64,000 nt of DNA, taken from assembly GCF_001949145.1 (NCBI RefSeq), contig NW_019091362.1:2239838-2303837 (forward strand), in the 5' to 3' direction. Within the stretch, counting starts at the first letter, position 1, and the number at the start of each line of letters is the position of its first letter. Of this stretch, positions 1 through 12,200 are shown in pieces. Source of the stretch: Acanthaster planci. Lineage: Eukaryota. The notes under the pieces are model-generated. The model did no database searches. It was not told the DNA's origin and saw nothing but the letters and a program-made list of their open reading frames with translations. The translations under genes were made by a program, and so were the position numbers.

Positions 1-253
1 TCGAGTCGTTGACTCGACTCTGGAATCCGGCTCAAGTCACATTTTTTGATGATTCAAGTCATAACGGTTTCATATTACGCGGCGCGAGTCACCGCAAGCC
101 AATGACTCGATTCCACTCGACCCTTGATCGTAAGACAACACTCGACTCAATTCGAGTCAAAGACTAACAACACTCGAGTCCCAAACTGCGCGGCACTGTG
201 GTTCCCACGGTATGAATTTAATGAACTAATCAGAGGAGATGTCAACACTATAG

Positions 254-736
254 TAGGAATGAGTCGATTCGAATAATTCACTATTCGAATATTCGACCTT
301 CAATTTGATCGAATATCCAAATATTCAGTTGTACTGATTGTTGATAAACAAACTGTATACAAAATCAGTTGCAATAACGCACACAATTGTAGATTATGAT
401 TAATATAATAGTTTCTCACATCAAGGAGTACCTAAAGCCACTTTTTAGCAAGATTCAAGAGATAAACAAGACTTCTTGCCCTGTTTAAAATTTCCATTCC
501 TTTTAAATTATTTAATGAATGATTTACTTTTAAAATCATTGTAAGATTTCTGACACTTTTAGTTAGAACCTGCTTGAAACAAGTCTCCATAGTGCCATTT
601 TTCTCATTTAAAACAAAAGAACGTTTTCCCTGTCTTTTCATGAATTTTGCATTTAAATATTCAAATTCGAAAAAATCATTCGAATATTCGACAATCGATC
701 GAATAATCAGTCATTCGGATACTCGGCACAGCCCTA
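254..736. mobile_element. hAT-like non-autonomous element
   Basis: TAGG...CCCTA termini, many subterminal TTCGAATA/TATTCG motifs, flanked by a near-perfect 8-bp TSD CACTATAG/TACTATAG. Confidence 0.65.
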
Positions 737-2891
737 TACTATAGACTCAGCGCGCGTTCTGAAACTTGACGTGGGTGCGCATTTTGGCATGTTATAACAC
801 CTTTAGGTTGAAAAAGCATTTAAGGTGCACTGTCCCAGGTAAATTCTCCGCCGGGCTGAGGCGCTAATAAGGTTACTTTTGAAATAAGAGTTTGTGCGGC
901 CCAAGAAATTGTGGGATTGTGTTATTATGGCCAAGGATCAACTCCCTAGATAAAGGGGCTCCCATTCGAGGGCAAAGCAGACAAAAATGCTATTGAAAAA
1001 TTACCCTTAGAGCCTGAGAAAGTGGAGGGATGTCATTTTAAAAATGGCTGCTGACAGACTTGGGAACGTTCTTTTTTGGGGGGGTTCTTTTGGTGGATAA
1101 TTAAACATTTAATTGGCCGACCTACTAAAATTTGAAACCGAATTGAAATCTGAAGGCTCCGAAAACACATTGTTTTTGTCTGAGAGGCCTAAGGGACTTC
1201 GGTTGCCCGCAACGGGGCTTTGAATTTTGTTGATTTTACACTGTTTTTAGTAGGGCTTGAATTAGTGCATTTCCTGGACTCTTTCGCTCACGCTGTGATT
1301 TTACAGCAGTGTACGCCTGACGTTGTTATCGATACCAGAGTTATGTAGGATTTCATTCTTGGTGTCAGTTCGTGCGCAAGGATTGAGCCATTTGCTAAAG
1401 CCCCAAATAAAGAGTTCCAGTTAAATTAATATGCTGTCTTCAATGAATAATGGGGTGTATTCTTTATATTATGGAAAATGATTTCCAGTGTTTAGATTTG
1501 GTTTTGATGTCAGCAAAAAAAAATTCTACACATGAAATCATATCAGGGAAAAACAGAAGTTTCTCTTGTTAACTGTCTACACAAGGAAGCTTTTATATCA
1601 CTTCGATCTTCAATGATAAATTGCTGTCTTGAACGCATTCCTTCTTTCTTTTGATCGACGAATAAACACAGAATTACAACTCATATCGCTCTCGCATGAG
1701 CTTTGAGTGACCCGAATTGGCTTGCGCATAAATTTGACTCGGCTCGACCACATACTATGACTTGATTGAACCATCTTGATCCGTATGATGACTCAGAATG
1801 AGTCACTTCTTTAAAATGACGCAATGTTTACGTAGAGTCAATGATGTAATTACTCATTGCGACACTGAAGCTTCGTTTTTTATCACTGCAAAAAGGGGTC
1901 AACCACATAAAGACACGTGCATGAATTTAAAAGAAAATAAAAGTTTGTTTTTAATACACACACGCATCGGTGTTCGTCCATTACCGAAACAGGTTTGGAC
2001 GAGAAATTTTGTTTCCCTACGATTCAATGTAGAATTTTCCCATAGTCTAAACATAATTCCATTTTCCTAAATGATGACCTATTTTTTCTTTCCAATGTCC
2101 AATGCGCCCATATCCCATACAACATTGCCTGGCACATTATTTGTCCCCGACACCATCTTCATAAAGTTGAGTGGGCCAACTGAAATAGGCGTCAGGTTAC
2201 ATGTGTCTGCGGCCCTATCGTGAACAGTTACATATTAAACTAGGCCTAATGATCGCAATTCGAGCAAACCATTCTGTTTTGCGACGTGGTGTAATACTGC
2301 ACTGAATTACGTGTAAAATGTTAAATGTTACTTAAGAGTCAAAATCGCGAGGATAGAGATGGGAGGAAGTTGTGTCAGCAAGAGTGTTTGGGTCACTTGG
2401 GCAGAGCATCAAAAGCACATACTCTACGATGAAAAAGTTAGGAGCCATGTTTAAGTTCATTTTAATCCGAGCAACCGCGTAGGCCTAGTATTACGCTTCG
2501 TGAATGCGCATTGCTTATCTCAACTTCCGGATCTTTCCACCCAAACAGTCGTAATGTTGGTCATGATTGTGCGCCACGGTTTGGGAACTGATGTTCCCAG
2601 AGCATGTGCCACTGTCTGACACTTAATACGAACACTGAAGTATTACCTGCTAATACTTGTCATCTTTGCTGTTCACCCGTAAAAGCAGTAATGTTTTTCA
2701 GTCTCCACGGCCGGCAGCAAGCAACTCAGTTGGCTCGATCCAAACCGGACTTCATGTAAAGTATACGTAGACTACATGGATTGCAGAGAAATTTTACCCA
2801 CAATACTCGGCGGCGTAAACTTGTGAAAGGTAAAGCAGTGCGTGCTTTCCGTCGCGACCGGTGAAAGCAATTGACTGAGTACACGCGCTAA

Positions 2892-2902
2892 ATCACGTGA
2901 CC
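2892..2902. promoter_or_regulatory. E-box of CLEAR/USF type (GGTCACGTGAT on the minus strand) in a CpG-rich putative promoter
   Basis: Motif read directly within a CpG-rich stretch upstream of STX17; function is inferred only. Confidence 0.3.
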
Positions 2903-4558
2903 TAAAGTAAGAATCTCTCCCTTAGCAATCGGCCCTTTTGGGGCCAGAAGTTTCGAACACGTCCTTTTACTCGCCCTTTTTGGTAATAGCATCCTTCACA
3001 TATACCTATCTAACTCTGCCCACAATTTGAGCCTTGGCTGAGAGCCTCTACCTTGCATCGTTGCCCAAGCCTTCAGGAACTTAATACACCGTGATGAGCA
3101 TGATGAGAGCAAGGGAAGATTAGGTTTGGTGTTTTCTAATAAGCGCATTGATTAAGGGAACAAATACGGAAGGTTTTCGCCTGTCTGCGACCCCCTACCC
3201 CTACAGGGCCCTTGGACAAGCTAATCCATTTCCATGTAAACTACACTGCATGTTGCCTCTAATCACTGAGCCAATTTTGGTCTTCTAACAGCGTATATGC
3301 CCAAATGAAGCACGTCTGATGGCTCGTTGATGTCCATGGCCATACGCCGCACACGCTTCTTGTGAAAAATCGAAGTTGCTTATTGAATGCACACTCATTG
3401 AGTGCACACTTGTTACGCACAAAGAGAATGATGGCCAGAGTTTTTAAAGAAATTAAACTATTCACTCCCAAGAGTAAGCCCAGAAGTGCCCTGCCCTAGG
3501 CTGTAAAAAAAGAGAAAAAGTAAATCACAGCCATCCAGCGCAGTGGTTGGCAAACTACATGTATTGCTTGATTGCCATGATATAGGAAACCAACTGAACG
3601 AAAGATCAACAAAACTGATCACACGCGCACGCAGCTGGACCGCACTACTATGAATATAAGTACGTGCGTTTTGAGGCCACCTAAACTGCTGTCTGAAGTT
3701 AGTTCTTCAATATTTGGCCAACCATACAAAATGGTAATGAATGTCAGCAAACAATTAATGAAATTATCTAGTTGTCACGAAAAACAGAAACTGAAAAGTA
3801 CGCCGACCGCTCGGATCGTGAATACCTTTTTGATTAGGTAAAATCTAGTTTCAATCTCCTTTCAGGGCATGGATTATGGACTGATCAATATGGAGAGAGC
3901 AAGCGTTACGTGGTGACAATATTTTGTGGGGGGAGCTTTCTTTGATATGAGTTTCTACTTTTTTGCATGTGTAATGACTGCATATGCGTAGAGTTTTTGT
4001 GTGTTTGTAGCTTGATTTTTCTCAGTGATGTTAATTCGTGAGATGGCCAACAAATAGAAAGTATGGAATTCCCCGATTGAAGGTGGAACCTGGTCAAGTT
4101 TCCTGACTCCAGAATACAGTTTCTATATATGTAGTCTGGATCTACATGCAATGTCCATTGCGTCATTCATAAACAAAAGGGCTACTTGTACTGGAAGAGG
4201 ACTGTTTGGCCTGGGCACTTAAGAACTAGGCCTATGAAAGTATTTTGATACAGGGCAATTGACAGGGTAAGATCGTCGATTTAGTTGTAAAATTAGTAAA
4301 CCTACTTCAAATGGAAACTTCTGACCGTTCGCCATCCTTCATTTCAGGTTTTGGAGCTTGAACTGTTCGTATTGCAATCCTCCATAACCATGCCATTCCG
4401 GATTGATTGGCTAAACATGCATGACATGACTTAACATCTGACTTCGCATGGGTGTTTACAAACAAGTAAGTAGCATCCATCTACAGTATGACATTGAGAT
4501 GAATTATAAGGTGAATTGAATTTGCATAGCCACAACGTAAGTCTGTATTTACATGTAC

Positions 4559-5156
4559 CTACTTCCAGAACTGTAAGGTTTATACAAACTCACTGTCCTT
4601 GCTTTATGTACGTACAGACAGCTGCATAAACACATTTTGGCTGTTTTGATTGTGCCAGCTTACCCTTCCATCATAGCTATTTGTGCAGTCAAATTCCATA
4701 CATGCCATCTTGGTGAAGTTAGATGTCAGATAGGGAGGTTTACCCATAGATGACAGCTGCATTGTGACTGGTCCAATTTGCTTCCATTCCAGTGACTAAT
4801 CACAGCTCAGTTTTTGTTAAGAGGGGATCAGGAAAACAAAAGGAAAAGATAGGAGCTGCATTGTGATTGGTCAAGCTATCACACAGCCAACAATTATTGA
4901 TAGTTCATGATGCTGATTTTCTGTAGTGTGGATTGGCAAAATACTCAAGAATTTCACCTTTTTAATGACGATATTAGGTGAATAAACCTCCCCATCTGAC
5001 ATCTAACTTCACCGAGAAGGCATGTATGAAATTTGATTGCACAAATAGCTGTGATGGAAGAGTAACTTGGCACGATCAAAACAGCCAAAATGTTTATGGG
5101 AGTTTGTACATGGCTATCATGAAGGTTTGTTTAAAACCTTACAGTTTTGGAAGTAG
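4559..5156. mobile_element. Foldback/MITE with about 185-bp inverted arms
   Basis: 4559-4744 is the reverse complement of about 4978-5156 (CTACTTCCAGAACTGTAAGG vs CCTTACAGTTTTGGAAGTAG; GGTGAAGTTAGATGTCAGAT vs ATCTGACATCTAACTTCACC). Confidence 0.85.
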
Positions 5157-6102
5157 TATTTACCCATAGAATGCTAGCACCAAACCATGACTGTCCATGC
5201 ACAAAAGAAATACACGACAAAATGTTGTCAACTTTGCATAGGGCCGGGTCACTCGGTGGCTGACAAAACTCTCCCAAACTTCATGAGTCAAAGATCTACG
5301 CATTGTCTATTCCCAAAGTCAGGGATGCCAGGTTTTAGGCTTTTCATGTAAAATTTTGGGCCAAGTTTAGGCACTAACAAGGTATCATTGAAGCTTCTCT
5401 GGCCTTATGTTCAGGATCTGGACAAGGATTTGATAATACCTGACTGGCACACCTGTGACTTTGCATATCGGTACGTATACTCAAAGTAGGCCCAACACAT
5501 GCCCAACTTTGGTTAGGGAGAAACAGATTTTGAGAATTTAATGTTCATTGGAAACTAATACACGTAAAAATTGGGCATGATCAGCCAATCTGCACGATCA
5601 CCCAAATGCTGTGTGTAATTCATCAAATCTGCATGAAATCTCCAACTTTACTTTCTTTGTTGAAACAATCTTTCACTACTATGAATCACAAAAAAGAGGC
5701 AACTGACTGATGGCAAAATTATCGACAAGTCATGCACTAAGATCGACTGATCATGCTAAGATCAAGCAGTCATGCATATCAACTGATCGCGCCCAACAGA
5801 ATTATCAGGAAATGAGTTCAGGAAAAAAAATAGAAGAAGAGATAAGGGACCACAGTAAATGAAAATAAATGATAGCATAGGAGCAGAAATTAGTAGGGGA
5901 GGTGAGATCAGAACAAAATCAGTGAAATATAGGGACATCAGAAACAGGAATGTACATTGCAGTCATCCCAGCCATGGCACCCTCTTGAGAGTCCTTTATT
6001 GGATGTTTGCGATTGATCAGTTTTGCATGACCCCCTCAGGCCTACAGGTAGCTTCACTGATACTGTGTGAGTACAGACAGTACCGCCCCACTGCACGTCA
6101 TC

Positions 6103-6267
6103 ATGGCAGCTTTCGGGGACGATGAGACCATGACCAGCAGCATGTACAGCGCCATGCAAGGAACACAGCCCCTGAAGCGTTTCGAGCCCTCCGTGCAAAA
6201 GTTCACCAAGACTGTCGTCCCAACAGATCTGGAGAGATTGCGACAGCACCGAGTCAACATTGAGAAG
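6103..6267 (+). CDS. STX17: STX17 coding exon 1 (MAAFGDD...RVNIEK)
   Basis: ATG at 6103 in ATCATGG context; donor GT at 6268; matches the STX17 N-terminal Habc start. Confidence 0.9.
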
Positions 6268-9200
6268 GTGCATACATGGTGTTATGCTTATGGTGTATCC
6301 GCTCCGAGCAGGAACAAAAGAGGGCATGTTTTGAAATGAAAGTGACAGTTATTTGGTACACACTCACGAGTAAGCGCAAGTTTATGCGCGTTTGACGTGA
6401 ATATATGGTCTTAACCTGGTTGGAAAACTTAGTACCATCTGTATTTCACCGGTGAGGGCACACTTCACCTCAGAGTGGATACAGTCTGACTGAGAAAGTT
6501 ACAAAAACAAAAATCTGTTGAATTTCTAAAGATTTCGTTTGCCTCAATTTTCTTTCTGGGTGATTCATTGTGTAAGTTTTATAGCAATAAGCAAGCATTC
6601 AACCCATTCAGAGAAATGTTTTCAGCGAGTTAATTTTGGGTTCACAATGTGAATAGAAAAACCCGTGCACTGCAAGATGTCTCCCCTGGATAACATTGTA
6701 GCAACAGCGCCCTCAGTTGTCTAGGATAGCGTTTCCATTTCTTGATATTTTAAGAATTGACTTTCCAATGCATTTTTCTGAAAAAGGATGTCCAATACTT
6801 CTCAGTCATTGAAGAAGAGTGTAAAGTAGCAGGAACATTCATTGCTGCTAAACTTTAGCAGACCGGTGACCCTCATGTAGATGCAAACATGTTTCAGTTT
6901 TTTCTGTATGCTAAATAGTAAGCATTTTGTCATTGATAAATGCTTAACATCAAAAATGTCCTAGTCCTTGGTCACATTTGTATACTTGAAGCTGCTGGTA
7001 TTCATGGGTGAAGCTGGTCCCTAGTAGCTGGACTGGTGCATGGGCGTTAATTGGTGGGGGACGGGGGGGGACATGGCCCCGACTTTTCCAGGTGGGAGGA
7101 TACTATATCATTTGCCCCCCCCCCCACTTTTTTTCCAAAACCTAAATTAAAAATGTCTGGCTTGCAAAAGCATTTATTTGGCTAAAGTAGCCAGAAATTG
7201 TTTCAGAGCACACAACAGAGCATCTATACTCAAAAATTGTCCAGGGCCCTTGAGCGGGCCCCGGACCCCACACCGCTCAGAGCTTCACGCTTGGCGTTCG
7301 CATTTGTTCTGATCAGGGCATGTCCCCCCCCCCACTTTTCAAAATGGATTGACCCCCTTGGACTGGTGCCTCTGTTTTCTGTTAACTCTGGGGTCAACCA
7401 TATGCCAAGTTCAATTAGCCACTACATGTGTTTGGAGACTAAAGGGGAATGATGCCTGGCAACTTATGCATGAAAGCTAGTCTAGGGACATGTACCAGGC
7501 ACAATTGTACACTTGTTGTCAGATGGTGTCTATTCAACTGGTCATAGTCTCTGATCATTATAAGAAATGTATCTTCATTTCTGTCCTTGCAGTGTGAGGT
7601 TTATCTCTTGTCACCTTCATGTATCATTCAGTTTCCAAACTGTTTGAAAATAGACAGCCTATAAATGTTTGCATTAAGTTTAATGTTAATTTTGACAAAA
7701 GGGGGATGGTTCAAGTTTCTTGGAAGTATTTGTTGCTGTTCAATGGAATTTTGTCGTGGTTTCCAGTTTCAGAAACAGAAAAACTGGGCAAAGCTGACAA
7801 CAGAGCAAGTCAATGCAAGGCAGACAGTGCAGGTAATTTCTCGATTGATTATGACATCTGGCATTAAATTAAATACTGTTTAACCCTAACTCCCTAGGTT
7901 TTGCGCAAAATCATATTAAAATTGGAGGATTCAGGACTAGTAGGGTTAAAATCTGCCATGCCAGCAGCCAGTGTACTGCAAGAAAAATGTACACATTTAT
8001 ATACAGGTATCACTTTTTGCAGACTAATTTTTGAAGATCTCGGCCTTGCTTTGTCGTATTTTCATTTTTGGCAATTGTGTCATTTTCAGTATTGGTTCAT
8101 GATGCTTATTAGCTCTATATCTATGGCACGTTCCATTTTGTATGACAGTTGAAGAGATTCAATTTTGGTTTCATCAAATTAACATTTACATGTATCTATT
8201 CAAGAGTTATACCAATCTATATCCTAAAATGTGAAGGTTCCCAATAATAGATAACTTTGTCCTATGAGTGAAACAGAAGCTCCTAGATACTGTACTGTTT
8301 TCTTCTGAAGGTCAACGAGAATCAATACATGCTTTGCACTAACCATGATGAAACTACTTCTCACGGGAGTTACTAGTAATTAAACTTTGCCACCAAGTCA
8401 TGGTTCAATCTTAAACACCTCTCTGCATTTTACTTCAACAAGACTAACCGTACATACATATATGACCAATTCAGAACAGGTATCACAGAATATTATGCCA
8501 TTTTACGCATGGTTTGGAGTCTGTAATTTAGACCATGTGTGATTCGGAATTTAGATATCACTTTTTATCCCTGACTCTTTTTATACATATGATTTTATTC
8601 AAATTGTCTTAATGTCTTAATTATTGTTCGCAGCAACTCAAAGCCAATATACGCGAGATGGAGAAGACAAGAAGTCTAGTCATAGAATCAGACCTCCCGT
8701 CTTTTGATAGCAGGGTGTCCCCCATCAAGGAGGAGGCCATCCTTGCAGTCATGCAGTTTATTGAGATGAACAACCTTGACCATTCGCCACTTGGGGAGGT
8801 ACGCCCAAAAGACTCTGATGAGTCCGACACGGACTCTGGTTTGAGAAAGAGACATGTTGACAGTACAGAAGATTTTGAAGGTGAGCCAAGTTTGTGCTTC
8901 AGCTAAGGTAATGAATTAACATATCCACTAGGCCCCGCCCACTGTGCACATGGACACTTCATATGTGTTCTTCTCCAATGCCTCACTATATGTCAGACAT
9001 AAATCTCGGCTTTGATTGGTCAGAACACAATGGGGCAAGGCTCAACGGATTAGTCTTTTGTTCCTAGTTTTATTTATTCAGTTAATGTTCAGATCACCCA
9101 TGTCGCTATAAATGACATCTTGGTATTCCACAGCCTAGTGAGATGAGATTTGAAGGTTTCCCTGGTGAACTGAGCATCCAGAGTGCTTTTGCAGTAGCAT

Positions 9201-12200
9201 TATCTAAAAGCTTTCTCTATTTGTGAGGCTCTGAAGTTTTCTAGGGGTTCTTTTCAGAACCTGAGAGACTCACAAAAGAGTAACTGCCACAGGGTGCTAC
9301 CATAAAAGTTCACTCCTACAGTCTAAGTTCTCTGTCGCTCCTTTGAAGATGCTCTCCCTCAATTGTCATTGCTAACTGTTCAGTGATTGCCGCCGAGGAT
9401 GAAGTCAGTGAGGATGCCTCCGTCCAGGCCGACGATACAAGAGAGAGAGAGTTGGAGCATCTCATGCAGCAGCAGACCCTCTTGCAGAGCAAAGAATCCA
9501 TGGAATCGCTGGAGAACCTGCAGAAAGACCTTGTGTCCCTGAATTCCCTCCTGCACCAGTTTGCGACACACGTCAGGGTAAGTCATGGAGTCTGTGCTGC
9601 CGGTCATCTGTGTTGGGGGCCCAGAAGGGATATGTACTGTTTGTGTCATGATGGTGCTCAGTTTCAACAATGTATCAGAAGCATATTTACATGTGAGGGT
9701 AGAAGAGAATGCATATTTCACTTCTTTCCAATAATTATAATTATAATTGAGGTTGAACAAAGAAAAATTAAAATGAGAAGGATTTGGTCTAGCACCTGTT
9801 TAAGTTTGCTCATATCATGACTTCAGGTGTCATCCTTGGTCGTGTGGCATGTATGAGTTGACTGAATCTGAATAGCGGTGGCATAGCTAGGGTAAAGTTT
9901 CTGACAGGGTATCTAGGGGGGGGTAGACATTTTTTCAGTGGGATACTGAATGGTAAATGAACTGTGGCTTGCCTGTACATCGACAGTGCGCATAGCAAAA
10001 ATTCAAATTGGGGCACCAGGGGGTATAGACTAGAGCCCCAGTTTGATGTTCAAACGTGACCAGTGCAACTCCTCCAGCAAATTGGTTGTTCCATCCCTAT
10101 TCAAAGTGTAAGCCGAGACCACCCTCTCATGGTTGATTTGATGCTCTGAGCAGTTTTCACTTGAATGTGCACAAACCTGTAAGACAGGAATGCACCTTAG
10201 GAAGGGTACACATGAGGAATATGGCAATTGATTCTCCCCTAGTCATGGTATTTGTAAACAATGTCATTTCTAAGAAAGTAAATAAGCTTGGAGACCATGC
10301 AAGTTGCAAACTTTGGTCCTCTCCTTGTGAGAAAATTTGGGTCATTTTCCCAATAGTACGTCTATGTCCAGGCAGTACAAATGTCTTCATTTCTTTGTTT
10401 TTCAGGTTCAAGGCGAAGCTGTTGACAACATTGCTGATAATATAGACAAGTCGGAGGAGAATGTTACCACTGGTCGCAGACACCTAATCAAGGTAATGTC
10501 TTTGTGAAATTGTGGTTTGTGAAAGCCATTTAACTAGTGCCTGACCTAACGATTCACACCATGCATATCGGTTCAACCGCTACCAAACATGCATCTCGTG
10601 ACCAAATCTGCAAAGAAAATTCCTAGGTCAGCATTCGGAAGGTACCACTGCTGTTCAGGTTTGTTTTTCTAGGTGTTAACCATTTCTGTTCATGACCATT
10701 GCAGCCAGGTAACGAACAATCCACCTAGTGTTGTTTGGGGTGCAATTTACCAATACAATTGGTCACAAACCAGCCATTTGACAGCATTTGGGCAACCCCA
10801 ACTGTTTCAAAGAGTTAGGTGTGTGTTATAGTATGTGCCAACGTCATGTTTTGTCCAGACCTCTTGCCAGTAGAATCCAGTTTTTATTTGTGTCACACTG
10901 TCGTGGATGAAATGCCACACTGACATGTTTTAGATGAATTGTGCTGGGTGTGAGCCGCAAAAGATGGCGAAGGTTGAGAAACTTTCTGTAGATGTTTACC
11001 AACCATAGTTGGGCAAGTCAAACCACAGAGCTACAGATGGGACCATCCCAACTATAGTCTGGGTTGATTTCATAGTTGGGGTGTAACATGATCCAGTCGC
11101 TTTTTGTAACTGGCCCTCAGCTGATTTTTCAATTTAATAGGTATGTATTTGTGCCGAGGGACAAATTCTATGCACACAACACCTTAAAATTTTACCATGT
11201 AAACCAACACAAGTCAGAAGCTACTCAAGTAACCCCATAAACTTTTTAAATTACTGTAAAACGTAGGCATACTAATTAAACAAGTCAAGTTCAATTGTAA
11301 CTGTATCAGACACTATTACAGTCATTTTGAGACTTAAAGTATTTGCATGCCATCTATTCCTTCTGTAATCTTTTTGACGTTTTGTGCGCCTGAGTTCGCA
11401 GTTTACAAAGTAGTGATGTACCCTTGCAAGGGATTGTATATTTGGGGACCCCGTTCCTATAATAGAAGGGAGACCTACATTTTAACTTTTGGATTCACCT
11501 TGGTAGATGACTACGACATCATGTCCAGTAACTGTAGAGTAGTTGTTTTGAAAAGTGGGCAGGCTTTGGAGTTGTGATGGAAATTATGAGGGGAAAGTGT
11601 CAGTGTCACACGTGACTCGTGGTGGATTCAAATTTGCATGGCTGGTTTATCAGTAAGAAAGTCACATTTTCTCACAATTTACAATTCGAAATTTCCCCAA
11701 AAATAGGGTTAGTGTGATAAAAAAAAGCATTGCCTTTTATTTTTGGGGGGCTGACCAGTTTGCAAGATTTAAATGACCAAAAAATGGGGTCCCAAATATA
11801 CAACCTGCCCTTACCTGAGTGAGGTTGGATCTCAGGTTGCAGGCCTTTATAACCAGGCCCTAAATTGCCGGCGAGGACCAAATCACAATTTGCATGCTGT
11901 TAAATTCTCTGCCATGGCATTTTGTGGCGCGTGGACTGGATGGTTTGTGGAAAAGAGAGATGGAAGCTACCCGCACGGCTGCCAGCTTGTATGCCTGAAT
12001 ATATTGGACAAAACGGTGCCCCCGCCACTTTGCTCTATTCGATGATGTAGTGTAGGCCTAACATTTCAAAATGGCAGTGGGCATCTTGACTGCTTTTAGG
12101 GGCAATACACTTTGGATAGAGACTTCTTTAAGAGCCGTTTGTTAAGCCACTAAAAATTTGAAAGAGAAAGAAAGGTGAAAAACTGAGCTTTTGTTTTATG

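Noticed and set aside
8341..8406. Box C/D snoRNA candidate (ATGATGA with terminal stem) in an STX17 intron
   Set aside because: No CTGA D box before the 3' stem.
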